DNA from: a virus
Length of the DNA stretch: 64,000 bases
IMG/VR virus record: IMGVR_UViG_3300043465_002420
Direction: 5' to 3' (one strand)
The notes beneath the pieces are model-generated. The model saw nothing but the letters and a program-made list of their open reading frames with translations. It was not told where the DNA came from and ran no database searches. This document shows, piece by piece, positions 48,986-58,800 of this stretch; position 1 is the stretch's first letter; each line of letters begins with the position of its first letter. The position numbers and the translations under genes were made by a program.

Positions 48986-51701
48986 AATTTGAAAACTGTT
49001 CTAAAATTTCTTCTTCAGATAAATATTTATCTTCTTCAACTTCAGCAGGTTTCATCAAATATACCCTATAATCAGTTTCCTTCGTTGGAAACTTATAGAC
49101 CCATCTTTGATTAGGCAATTTTTTATTTTGCTCTAATGTGTATGTTGGAAACCCTTTATCTGGTGGCTGTAATCTTAATCTAACTAAGTTACCTTGTTCT
49201 AATTCTGAACCCCATCTTTTAAGATCGTCTTCCCAAATGTTTATTTTATTTTTTTCTCCCAAAGCATCTTCTACCTCCAATTGACAATAAGTTGTTCCTT
49301 TTTTACTTTTACACATTTTTTTAACAACTATTTCTACTTCAACTGGACAAATAACACCAATGTTTTCTTTGAATGCTTCGAATGTGTAACCTTTAAAATC
49401 CTTGCTCTTTTCCAAATTATGAGTCCAAGCAAATCCATAATACTTCATTTCACAAGCTACAATGCTTTTAAGTTCCTTTTCAAAATTTGGATCAATTTCA
49501 TAATCATTAGGATTAAATGCTTCGATAGTAGGTAACAATAATTTTTTAGACTCTTCAAGTCTTTCGATGCTTTTTAAATTTCTAACCCAAAGCTTTTTTA
49601 ATTCCTTTAACCTATTGAACACTTTATTAGTCTTTGTGATTTTATAATATCTTGTTTTTTGAACTTCAATAAAATCTTCAGTTCCTTCAATTGGAACATA
49701 AGTAATTTCCAATTTAGGTTCACCCTGACCCTTTTCACATTCGAATTTTCTTTCTGATTCTACCATTTCATTTACATCGTATTTTTCCCACTCGTCACCA
49801 TCAAATGGATTAGCTCCATGAAAACTATTCAACAATCTTGTCTCGTCAGGAAAAAGCTCTTTAAATTCTTCTTCGTATTGCGACATACTAACAGCGAATC
49901 TTTTCTTTTTATCTTCTATCTTTCTCGCACATTCTTTGTAGTGTTCGTAAAATTTCCACAATGTGATTGGATCAGATTCATTAAAACACCTCAATCCAAT
50001 CAAGCATTTTATAACACTAGCATCTGTGCCAAACTTAAAAAGAAAATCTCCAAATCCATTATATGGTTGACCAGAAACAATTTTTTCCGCTGGTGCTTCT
50101 CCAACACCCTTTATATTTGACAAGCCATAATAAATAACATCATCTATAAGCTCAAAATTTTTCTTAGACTTATTGATGTCAATCTTGTGCATCTCTATGT
50201 TGTGTCTTTTTGCTTCCATTTTATAGTCTTTAATCTTTTCGCTTAATGTTTCACAACTTAAAACGGCAGCATAAAACTCATGAGGATAATGAGCCTTTAA
50301 ATATAATAGACGAGAAGATACATAAGTGTATGCTACGGAATGACTTAGGTTGAATCCGTATTCTGCGAATGATTTTATCTGATCGAATAAATTGATTGCT
50401 TCTTCTTCAGATATGTTAAGATTTTTTTGACCTTTCTCTATGAACATAATTTCATATTTTTTAAAAGCCTCCGCTTTCTTTTTTGAAATAGCCTTTCTAA
50501 CAATTTCACAATCTCTGAATGGTATTTCTCCAACAACATTCAAAATTTTCATAATTTGCTCTTGGAAAACCATAACTCCATAAGTTTTTCCAAGAATAGG
50601 TTCAACAAGAGGATGCAAACTATATTCTTCGTTGCCCTTCTTCCTCTCAATATATCTTTCGTGCATTTTCATGTTCAAAGGGCCAGGCCTATAAAGAGCA
50701 GTGTATGCAACCAAATCCTCAAATGAATCAACCCCACCAGACCTAACTAATTTTCTAATGCCTTCCGAATCAAATTGAAAAATACATTTTAAATCGCCTT
50801 CATTTGCCATCTCTAGAGCTTTAGAATCATTACGCCATTTGATGATATCTGTCCAATCAGATTGGTTTGGCATGGCACAAATACTATCAATTGACTTTCT
50901 TCTTTTTACCAATTCACAACATTTACTGATTTGCATCAAATTAGAAATTACAAGTAAATCAAACTTAACCAATCCTACTGGTTGTAAATCTTGACCATTA
51001 AGACCTTCAACCCATGCAGATGCTTGTGGATTGTCTTTTCTCTTAACCAATGGAACAAGATCGTGTAGTGGAATAGAACTTATAATCAAACCACCAGCAT
51101 GTTGGCCCATACCTCTATTTCTATTTATAAGTCTTTTGGCTGCGTTTGATACATCTGGATACTTTTCACAATACTCTTTCAATTTTGGATATTGTGATAG
51201 TGCCACATCCCAAGTCAATGGTTTTCCCTCATCATCTTTTGCTTCAAGCTCTTTTGTAAGTTCAAGTATTTCTCCTCTTGCCTCTCCATGGACTCTAGCC
51301 ATATCAATCAAAGCACTCTTCATGCCAAATGTTGTGTAATTGCCAATATTGCAAACATATTCTTCGCCAAATGTTTCAGAAGCCCACTTGTTTTTCAAAT
51401 AATCTCTAACTTCAGAAAGATAATCGACATCAATATCTGGCATATCTCCTTGAACAAACTTAGGATCTTTATTGATATCAAAATCATCAACTATGCCCAA
51501 AATGTATGGAACTAAGATATTATTTTCATTCTTGGGGAATTTTTTCTTTTCTTTAAATAAATTCAAAAAATATTCTGACTTTCCTTGAATGTCAATTTCT
51601 TTAATTTCCCACTCAAGTCTTTTTTTATGCTTTTCACATAATTGTCTTCTTTTAAAGATGTGCCATAAAAGCTGTTCGATTTTTTGAACTGTCGTTAACA
51701 T
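48960..51701 (-). CDS. dnaE: DNA polymerase III alpha subunit, C-terminal half (split gene)
   Basis: MPDIDVD, GQHAGG, KFDLL, FQFDS, LYRPGP, VFQEQ, YGFNLSH, LKAHYP, GLSNIKGVG and C-terminal OB fold; no PHP domain. Confidence 0.95.
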   Translation of the reverse strand: MLTTVQKIEQLLWHIFKRRQLCEKHKKRLEWEIKEIDIQGKSEYFLNLFKEKKKFPKNENNILVPYILGIVDDFDINKDPKFVQGDMPDIDVDYLSEVRDYLKNKWASETFGEEYVCNIGNYTTFGMKSALIDMARVHGEARGEILELTKELEAKDDEGKPLTWDVALSQYPKLKEYCEKYPDVSNAAKRLINRNRGMGQHAGGLIISSIPLHDLVPLVKRKDNPQASAWVEGLNGQDLQPVGLVKFDLLVISNLMQISKCCELVKRRKSIDSICAMPNQSDWTDIIKWRNDSKALEMANEGDLKCIFQFDSEGIRKLVRSGGVDSFEDLVAYTALYRPGPLNMKMHERYIERKKGNEEYSLHPLVEPILGKTYGVMVFQEQIMKILNVVGEIPFRDCEIVRKAISKKKAEAFKKYEIMFIEKGQKNLNISEEEAINLFDQIKSFAEYGFNLSHSVAYTYVSSRLLYLKAHYPHEFYAAVLSCETLSEKIKDYKMEAKRHNIEMHKIDINKSKKNFELIDDVIYYGLSNIKGVGEAPAEKIVSGQPYNGFGDFLFKFGTDASVIKCLIGLRCFNESDPITLWKFYEHYKECARKIEDKKKRFAVSMSQYEEEFKELFPDETRLLNSFHGANPFDGDEWEKYDVNEMVESERKFECEKGQGEPKLEITYVPIEGTEDFIEVQKTRYYKITKTNKVFNRLKELKKLWVRNLKSIERLEESKKLLLPTIEAFNPNDYEIDPNFEKELKSIVACEMKYYGFAWTHNLEKSKDFKGYTFEAFKENIGVICPVEVEIVVKKMCKSKKGTTYCQLEVEDALGEKNKINIWEDDLKRWGSELEQGNLVRLRLQPPDKGFPTYTLEQNKKLPNQRWVYKFPTKETDYRVYLMKPAEVEEDKYLSEEEILEQFSNYAKEEKNV

Positions 51702-51724
51702 GTTTTCGCCTTAAAATGAAAATT

Positions 51725-51733
51725 ATTATATCA
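51725..51733 (-). promoter_or_regulatory. Extended -10 element upstream of the dnaE C-half
   Basis: Minus strand TGATATAAT, 23 nt before the ATG. Confidence 0.5.
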
Positions 51734-51770
51734 CAATATACTACATATAGCACAACGCAAAAGGGGAAAA

Positions 51771-52142
51771 ATGAACAACGAAATTGAAGAAATATTAAAA
51801 TTATCTGGTGTATTTGTCGAACAAAAAACTGAAATTACTTTAGATGAGTTTGCTAAAAAAAGGCACGATGGTGCAGAAAAAATAGCCAATAATGCCAAGG
51901 AAAAAGGTGGTATAGCACTTCTTACATATAGTCACTTTATTGTAAAACTTCCATACTACAAGGAAGCTTCAAAAGGAAAATTTGATTTTAAAAAAGTAAA
52001 AAAAGAATATGAAAGCTTATGTTCTGAATTACATTCTTATATGAATAAAATTGAAAATATTGATCCAACAAAATTTCAAAAGCTTGTCGGGAAAATTGAA
52101 GTCTTAGGCGAATTGCTAATTAGATACAAAGACACAAAATGA
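51771..52142 (+). CDS. Hypothetical protein, probable virion protein
   Basis: N-terminus MNNEIEEILKLSGV; AGGGG RBS. Confidence 0.6.
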   Translation: MNNEIEEILKLSGVFVEQKTEITLDEFAKKRHDGAEKIANNAKEKGGIALLTYSHFIVKLPYYKEASKGKFDFKKVKKEYESLCSELHSYMNKIENIDPTKFQKLVGKIEVLGELLIRYKDTK

Positions 52143-52204
52143 AAAATGGAATATCAAATTTAATTGATATTCCATATTATCTGCTTGATATTTAATCTAA
52201 ATGC

Positions 52205-52708
52205 TTATTTAGAAGTTGGCTTAGAAGGCTTTTCTTCAGTTGGCTTAGAAGGCTTTTCTTCAGTTGGCTTAGTTGGATTAACACTTGGAATTTTATCCAA
52301 CATTAATTTCTTGTTTGCATTTGTGCCTGAACTAGCAGGACAAGAAATATCTTCACATGCACGATGGTATCCGTCTTCGTAAGAAGCCAATCTTACATAC
52401 TCAACTTGATCCATACCACGATAATAACCGCTATGCCAAATCGCAGAAATATCATTGCTTTCTGGCTTAATATTATTCACTACACTAATGATACCTTCGA
52501 TCTTTCCTTGATTTTTAGCAAGCTCCATATTTTCATTTTTCACACTGTTGACATGACCATAAAGAATTTCATTAAATCCACTTTGTGTTAACAAATCTTT
52601 TTGCATCAACAAATCTTGAACGCTTTTCATGTTATCAATTCTGTATATTTGATAACCATTTGTAAGAACAGAACATGCTAAAATAGCATAAACAACATAA
52701 TTGCTCAT
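52205..52708 (-). CDS. Membrane-anchored or exported protein with KPTEEKPS repeats
   Basis: Hydrophobic N-terminus; GYYRG/YEDGY motifs; 24-bp tandem repeat at 52214-52272. Confidence 0.65.
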   Translation of the reverse strand: MSNYVVYAILACSVLTNGYQIYRIDNMKSVQDLLMQKDLLTQSGFNEILYGHVNSVKNENMELAKNQGKIEGIISVVNNIKPESNDISAIWHSGYYRGMDQVEYVRLASYEDGYHRACEDISCPASSGTNANKKLMLDKIPSVNPTKPTEEKPSKPTEEKPSKPTSK

Positions 52709-52865
52709 AATAACTCCTTAACCATATTTGAACCCTAAACAACAAGATATTAGACTAACAAATATCTTTGAAAAAATCAATAAGTAAAATTGAAATAATT
52801 TCAACTCATTTAAGCCTATATACAAACAGTCGTATTTTGCAAAAATTTATATTATGGAGATGATT

Positions 52866-53849
52866 ATGTCATTCAAGAGCTTTCAAGAATATTTAAACGA
52901 TACTGGTAAAATGATCGAAAAACCAGCAGTCAAAATAGTTGCTGGATATGAAGGAGAAACCCCAACTTCCCCAGAAAAAACAAAAAAAGATCCAAATGCT
53001 GGTGGGGCTAAAGATTCTAAATCTACCAACAAGCCATATAAAGCTGGTACTGATGCTAAAAATCCCAATAAAGCAGAAAAGGGATTTGCACATGAAGGAG
53101 ATTCAGATCTTAAGTATGAGCCAACCACAAATGTAAAAAAGAGCAACTATGGTGGCGATGAAGTTAAATCTTGGCTTGATTCTTCAAGCGTAACAGAATG
53201 GCTCAATAAAACTCGCAATCTTTCTGGTGCAAAATTTGTAAGTCAGATGCGAAATGAAACAATTGGAACTTCAATCGGGCAAATCAAAGAAACAGTAACT
53301 TTGTGCGAAAATAATTCCAAAAATATTCAACAACTTATTTTTGAATTAAAACGCCACAAATTATTAGGAAAATTTATTACAGAAGCTTGCAAACATGGAA
53401 CTGGTATCAAGGCGATCATAGCAGAAATCAAGAAAAATACTCTTTTTCAAAAAGCAATTAATGAAATGAGCTATATGTCTTCAGACAATGAAGATGATAT
53501 GTCGAATGATGAATACGAACCAGATATGTCAGATATGTCAAATGATGATAGTGACGAAGAAGAAAATGATATGTCAGATGAAGATGATATGTCAGATGAA
53601 GATGATATGTCAGATGAAGATGATATGTCAGATGAAGATGAAGATATGTCAGATGAAGATGAAGATATGTCAGATGAAGATGAAGATATGTCAGACGAAG
53701 ATGAAGATATGTCAGATGAAGATGAAGATATGTCAGATGATTCTCACAAAGATGATGATTCTGCATTATCCGATCCTTTTGGCAAAGGCCATGCTTCTCA
53801 CGCCCTTAGAAAAATGGGGCCACGACCAGAACCATCTGATGAATTTTAA
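52866..53849 (+). CDS. Acidic low-complexity protein, probable head-internal or scaffold type
   Basis: MSFKSFQEYLND (start moved to 52866, GGAG RBS); DMSDED repeats. Confidence 0.65.
   Translation: MSFKSFQEYLNDTGKMIEKPAVKIVAGYEGETPTSPEKTKKDPNAGGAKDSKSTNKPYKAGTDAKNPNKAEKGFAHEGDSDLKYEPTTNVKKSNYGGDEVKSWLDSSSVTEWLNKTRNLSGAKFVSQMRNETIGTSIGQIKETVTLCENNSKNIQQLIFELKRHKLLGKFITEACKHGTGIKAIIAEIKKNTLFQKAINEMSYMSSDNEDDMSNDEYEPDMSDMSNDDSDEEENDMSDEDDMSDEDDMSDEDDMSDEDEDMSDEDEDMSDEDEDMSDEDEDMSDEDEDMSDDSHKDDDSALSDPFGKGHASHALRKMGPRPEPSDEF
53494..53737 (+). repeat. 18/21-bp coding tandem repeat (DMSDED / DMSDEDE)
   Basis: gatatgtcagatgaagat(gaa) repeated about 10 times. Confidence 0.9.
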
Positions 53850-53854
53850 CCAAC

Positions 53855-53880
53855 AAAAACCTTCTACTAAGAAGGTTTTT
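53855..53880 (+). terminator. Rho-independent terminator
   Basis: aaaaaccttct-acta-agaaggttttt. Confidence 0.8.
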
Positions 53881-53930
53881 GTATGTGAGGTCATCTGAGA
53901 AAATGCGAAAAAGATAAAATCTTAATATGC

Positions 53931-54584
53931 ATGCCAACATACCACTCCCCAATAGAATGGCTAGAAAGATCTACCATTTCTATAAAATCACAAACTTATA
54001 CAAATTTTGATTGTTATGTTGTGAAAGATGGATGTTGTGAATCTTGCACAATAGACACAACAAATAAAACATGTATTGAATGTGAAAACTGTAAATTAAC
54101 AAAAAAGTTTTTTAAAAAAATTGCAAAAAATGACAAAAGATTTAAATTCCATATTTTGCCAATTCATCTAAGTGGTGCTGGTTGGGGTCCTAGAAATTTT
54201 GCAATCATGAACACACATCATAATTATATAGCATATCTTGATGATGATAATTGGTACGAAAAAGATCATATAGAATCACTTTATAAAACAATTACTTCTG
54301 GTGATTATAACTTAGCCTACACTGGTACTAGATTACATGATTCTAATAAAAATATTATAGGAGAAAGAATTCACAATTCTATTCCAAAAGCTGGATATAT
54401 AGATACTTCTGAGATCATGCATACTAGATATCTAATAGATAAACATGGCGGATGGCGTTATGTGAAAAAATGCAATGATTGGGATTTAATATCAAGATGG
54501 ATTCCCGATGTGAAATGGAGTCACACCAACAAGGTAACACTTAATTTCTTTATAAGGGATGGATGCGGAATACACAGGAAATAA
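53931..54584 (+). CDS. Glycosyltransferase family 2
   Basis: WGPRNFA, IAYLDDDN, IDTSEIMH, NDWDL. The expected first strand KILIC lies upstream of the called ATG. Confidence 0.85.
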   Translation: MPTYHSPIEWLERSTISIKSQTYTNFDCYVVKDGCCESCTIDTTNKTCIECENCKLTKKFFKKIAKNDKRFKFHILPIHLSGAGWGPRNFAIMNTHHNYIAYLDDDNWYEKDHIESLYKTITSGDYNLAYTGTRLHDSNKNIIGERIHNSIPKAGYIDTSEIMHTRYLIDKHGGWRYVKKCNDWDLISRWIPDVKWSHTNKVTLNFFIRDGCGIHRK

Positions 54585-55843
54585 AACAGTTCGTCCAGAA
54601 GTGGAAAAACTTCACCGATTCCTCCACGCAAATTCCCTACGAATACAAGCCAATATGCAAAGATTTACTTTTGCACGATGAAGAAATCGTTGTCGAAACA
54701 ATAGACATACTGAAAAGAAACATATCATCTTGGGCAGAAAAAAATTCCGAAGCTTACGCAAACAAAAAAGACCTTACTTTTTTAGGTAAAAATGATCTCA
54801 CAGACAAAGACAAGTGGTATGTAAAATCCTTAGAAAATGAATCCATGCCAATGAAAAGTAGCGGAAGCACCACTGGTGAGGGATTCGAATACTTGCGATG
54901 GGAACCTTTCCTTTATTTCATCGAAGGAGAAAACCACTATGATCTGATTCTGGATGAATATGAAATACCACAGAATCCAGACATCATGTACTTCTTTAAT
55001 TCTTCGTTCGGAAGTGGCTCAAGACACATAAACAATACATCGAAAAGCAAAAACTTTATGGAACATCACGGAACAAAAAGAACCGCAATGGTTCATTATG
55101 CAAACACGAAACTACAAAAAGAAAAAGAAGAAGTGTTTCGGAAATACCTATTCAGATATTTAAATTTAAAAAAAATGGATGTAATTTTTGCCCCAGGCCC
55201 ACAAATAAAAAAAATATGCTCTTATATAAAAAAGGAAAACTATAAAGGTAAACTGTGCAACTTGTTGAGCAATAGCAATGAAAAAATTCTGGATGAAGAT
55301 GCTAAATTCCTTCTCGAAAAAAATTATGTGTCACATATATGCGACCACATGAGGTGTTGGGATGGAGGAGCTTCCTTCTTCACATGTAGAGATAAGAACT
55401 ATCACTTAATGGATAACCTTTCTTGGTGTGTCGAAAATGAGGAAAGGCTCATATCAACCGATTACTTCTCCTTGGCTTGTCCTTTTGTCAAATTCTGGAA
55501 TGGCGACAGGTGCAAGATAGGCGATAAATATCAGAGATGTTCGTGCGGAAGGTTGTACAGAGATTTTAAATTCTTGGAGAATCGACCATTTGCCATAAAA
55601 GGGCATTCGATCAACGAGTACAAAAAGAAGCTCACGGAAACTGGTCTTACAGAGATAAAACAAGTGAATTGCGGAATCGACTTCATAGAAATCGTGTCGA
55701 ACAAAGAAATAGATCCTATCAAAAAAAATGAAGTTGCCGAAATATTTAAGTCTCACAAATTGAAATTCAAAGTTGTTCCAGACCAATTGGCATCGCAAAA
55801 AATTCATAACAGAACTCCATCTGAAAAGGTGGAAACAAAATGA
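54563..55843 (+). CDS. Phenylacetate-CoA ligase / F390 synthetase-like adenylate-forming protein
   Basis: KSSGSTTG P-loop, STDYF...PFVKFWNGD (A7-like), CSCGR, GH hinge. Confidence 0.7.
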   Translation: MRNTQEIKQFVQKWKNFTDSSTQIPYEYKPICKDLLLHDEEIVVETIDILKRNISSWAEKNSEAYANKKDLTFLGKNDLTDKDKWYVKSLENESMPMKSSGSTTGEGFEYLRWEPFLYFIEGENHYDLILDEYEIPQNPDIMYFFNSSFGSGSRHINNTSKSKNFMEHHGTKRTAMVHYANTKLQKEKEEVFRKYLFRYLNLKKMDVIFAPGPQIKKICSYIKKENYKGKLCNLLSNSNEKILDEDAKFLLEKNYVSHICDHMRCWDGGASFFTCRDKNYHLMDNLSWCVENEERLISTDYFSLACPFVKFWNGDRCKIGDKYQRCSCGRLYRDFKFLENRPFAIKGHSINEYKKKLTETGLTEIKQVNCGIDFIEIVSNKEIDPIKKNEVAEIFKSHKLKFKVVPDQLASQKIHNRTPSEKVETK

Positions 55844-58800
55844 TAGATCCAAAACTGGTGAAAAAATGGGATATAGTTTTCGCTCTACAAGAAAAGGGAT
55901 GTGGGTATTTCGCAACATATGAAGCAGTAGTCATTGTGCCACGACCTTGTACCGGAGGGTCAAGTGCTTATTGGACTCTTGCTTCTCCTTGCCCAGATGG
56001 TTGCACATCTTCTCCTCCTCCTCAATTGCCAACAAATCCTCCATGCGATCCTAATTACCCTGACAATGGAACGGAAAATGACATAATCGGGTGCTGCGAA
56101 GGTATAGTTTCAGTCGAATGCTCCGGCACTTGCTGTAAATGCGGTGGTGTAGAGTGTTTGACAACGGAGACATGCTGTGACGATGTTTGTGTGAACTTAC
56201 AAACAGATCGTGACCACTGTAATTCTTGTACCACCCCTTGCAATCCAGATCAAGACTGCTGTGATGGCGAATGCAAAAACATATACGAAGACAGCAATAA
56301 TTGTAATGGTTGCGGAAATGTTTGCCCTGAAGCTACACCAACTTGCTGCAATGGTGATTGCTGCACGACAGCGAATTGTTGTTTCGTTGATGACATCCTT
56401 ACTTGTATTGATGTAACAAACAATCATGATCATTGCGGAAGATGCGACAATCCTTGTGCAGCCGAAGAAACATGCTGTTCTGGTGAATGCGTCAACACAC
56501 AGACAGATAATGAGCATTGCGGATCATGTCCGAATGCTTGTCCTGTCGCATTCACATGCTGTTCTGGTGTATGCAAAGAATTATTTGGGGATGATCGTTT
56601 AAATTGTGGCGATTGTGGCAAAACTTGCGTTGTAGGAGAAATATGCAAAAACGGTGTTTGCAAAGACGCTTGTGCTGCGAACGACTGCGAGTTTACTTGG
56701 GTTGATCCTCCGGGTTGTTGTAGCCGTTATGTCTGTTCGACTGAAAATGAGTATGCGTTTTCTTCTTCATACACTTCAATTACAGATTGCTCTGTCGATA
56801 GCCCTCCAAATATACCTTGCGATGGAAGCCCAGAATCTACAGGTTATTTTTACCTTACATGGAGTCCAGAGCCGTGTTGTACTGGATCTTGTCAATCTTT
56901 TTGTCTAGAACCAACTTGCACTTGGTCAGGTCCAGAAAACTCTACTTGTGGAGAGGGTTGTGCTTGCCAATCATTTGAAGGTCAACCTTGTGCATGTGGA
57001 ACACTCAGAGACGATCCATGTATAAGAACAGTAGTACCTCCCGGACAATGGAATGCAACTGCGACATGTCCACAAGGATGCAACTGCCCCGGGAACGCCC
57101 CAATACAAAATGGAACAAATGGTCAAGTAGTCAGTTACGAATGCGTCAATTGCCTTGCTCCATGTGAAGCAGGAGAAAAATGCTGTTTCGGCACATGTAA
57201 AAACATACTGACAGATCCTCTTAATTGCGGAGATTGTGGAAACAATTGTGGCGATCAGATTTTGGGAAACAAATGCTGTAATGGGAAATGCGTAAACATA
57301 CTTACAGGGGATTTAAACTGCGGAGATTGCACAACTGTATGTCCATTTCCAGAAGTATGCTGCAATGGCGTATGCAAAAATCGTAACACTGACAATTACA
57401 ACTGCGGATCTTGCGGTTACGAGTGCCAGACTGGAATTGGGGAAACCTGCTGCAATGGGATTTGCGTAAACGAAAATACCGACAGAAACAACTGTGGCTC
57501 CTGCGGATTTACATGTCCCAACGCAGATCAGTGCATTGATGGAAACTGCGTTCCATGCGTTCCTCCATGTCTAGAAGCTGGTACGGCTTGCTGCAACAAT
57601 CAGTGCATCGACATATTGTCTGACGAGAGCAACTGCGGTGGTTGCAATATACCTTGTGCTGGCAAGTGCTGCGGTGGCATTTGCGTATTAGATTTGAACA
57701 CCATGTTTAACTGTGGTGATTGCGGAATAGAGTGTCCGCAATTGATCAACCAAATCAATCTGTGGCAGTGCTGTAACGGTCAATGCAAGAACCTAAAAAC
57801 TGATCCAGAAAACTGCGGATTTTGCGGAAATGTATGTCAAGAACCTCCGGGTGACACATTTACAGTTCCAAAATGTTTCTTGGGAAACTGTGCGGAACCA
57901 GAATGCGATTGTCAAGGATATGAAGCTGGAATGCCACCACAACCTGGGCCAGACGATGTGGCTTTCGTGGCTTCATGCGTTGGAAACACGGTAAGTTGTG
58001 ATGGATCTTGTTATTTCAATGCTGTAGGCGGAGGATGGGTTCTGTATGAAGAGCCGGGCGGAACTGGATTTTCTGGTACCTGCGGAAAAGAACCAGATTA
58101 CACATATTGCGTTGATGACAAATATGCATGTGTGGATGACAAATATGTTTGTGTCGGAGATATATATTATTGTGTAAAAAACATAGAAGGACAAGATATG
58201 CCAACTTATTGTATACCTGCTGCATCGTTTAACGCTGAAACACAAGCACTAATCGGATCTTACATCGGAGCAGAAAACTGTGCCGCTGGTTGTAGCGGTG
58301 ATGGAAGCGAGTGCGATCCTGCTTGTGGCAATGGATTAACCTGTTGTGATACACAATGCGTAGACACGCAAACTGACAGTGCCAATTGCGGTGGTTGTGG
58401 TGGCGGTCCTTGTGCTGCTGGCGAGGCTTGCAAAGATGGAGTTTGCACAGGATGTACGCCTCCATGTGCCGATGGTGAATCGTGCTGCGAAGGTGGAACG
58501 ACATGCTGCGAAACTTGCTGTGCTGACGCATGTTGTCCAACTGGTCAATCATGTGTTGATGGAGTGTGTGCCACATGCGAACCACCTTGTACTGCTGGAC
58601 AAACCTGCTGTGGAGGATCATGTTGTGATGCTGGAATAATATGCTGTGACCAAACATGTTGTGCTGAAGGTGAGTTCTGCGAAAACGGAAGTTGTGCAAC
58701 ATGCAACCCAGTGTGCTATCCAGACGAGACATGCTGCGATGCAACATGCGTTAGGTGGCAATGTGGAGAATGCCCAAATGCATGTGCTTCTGCTGAAATA

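Noticed and set aside
39352-53737. Tandem repeats as a possible CRISPR array
   Set aside because: Units are contiguous multiples of 3 within ORFs, with no unique spacers and no cas genes.
53458-53898. ORFs MKMICRMM... (+) and MQNHHL... (-)
   Set aside because: Alternative-frame readings of the DMSDED tandem repeat inside 52866-53849.
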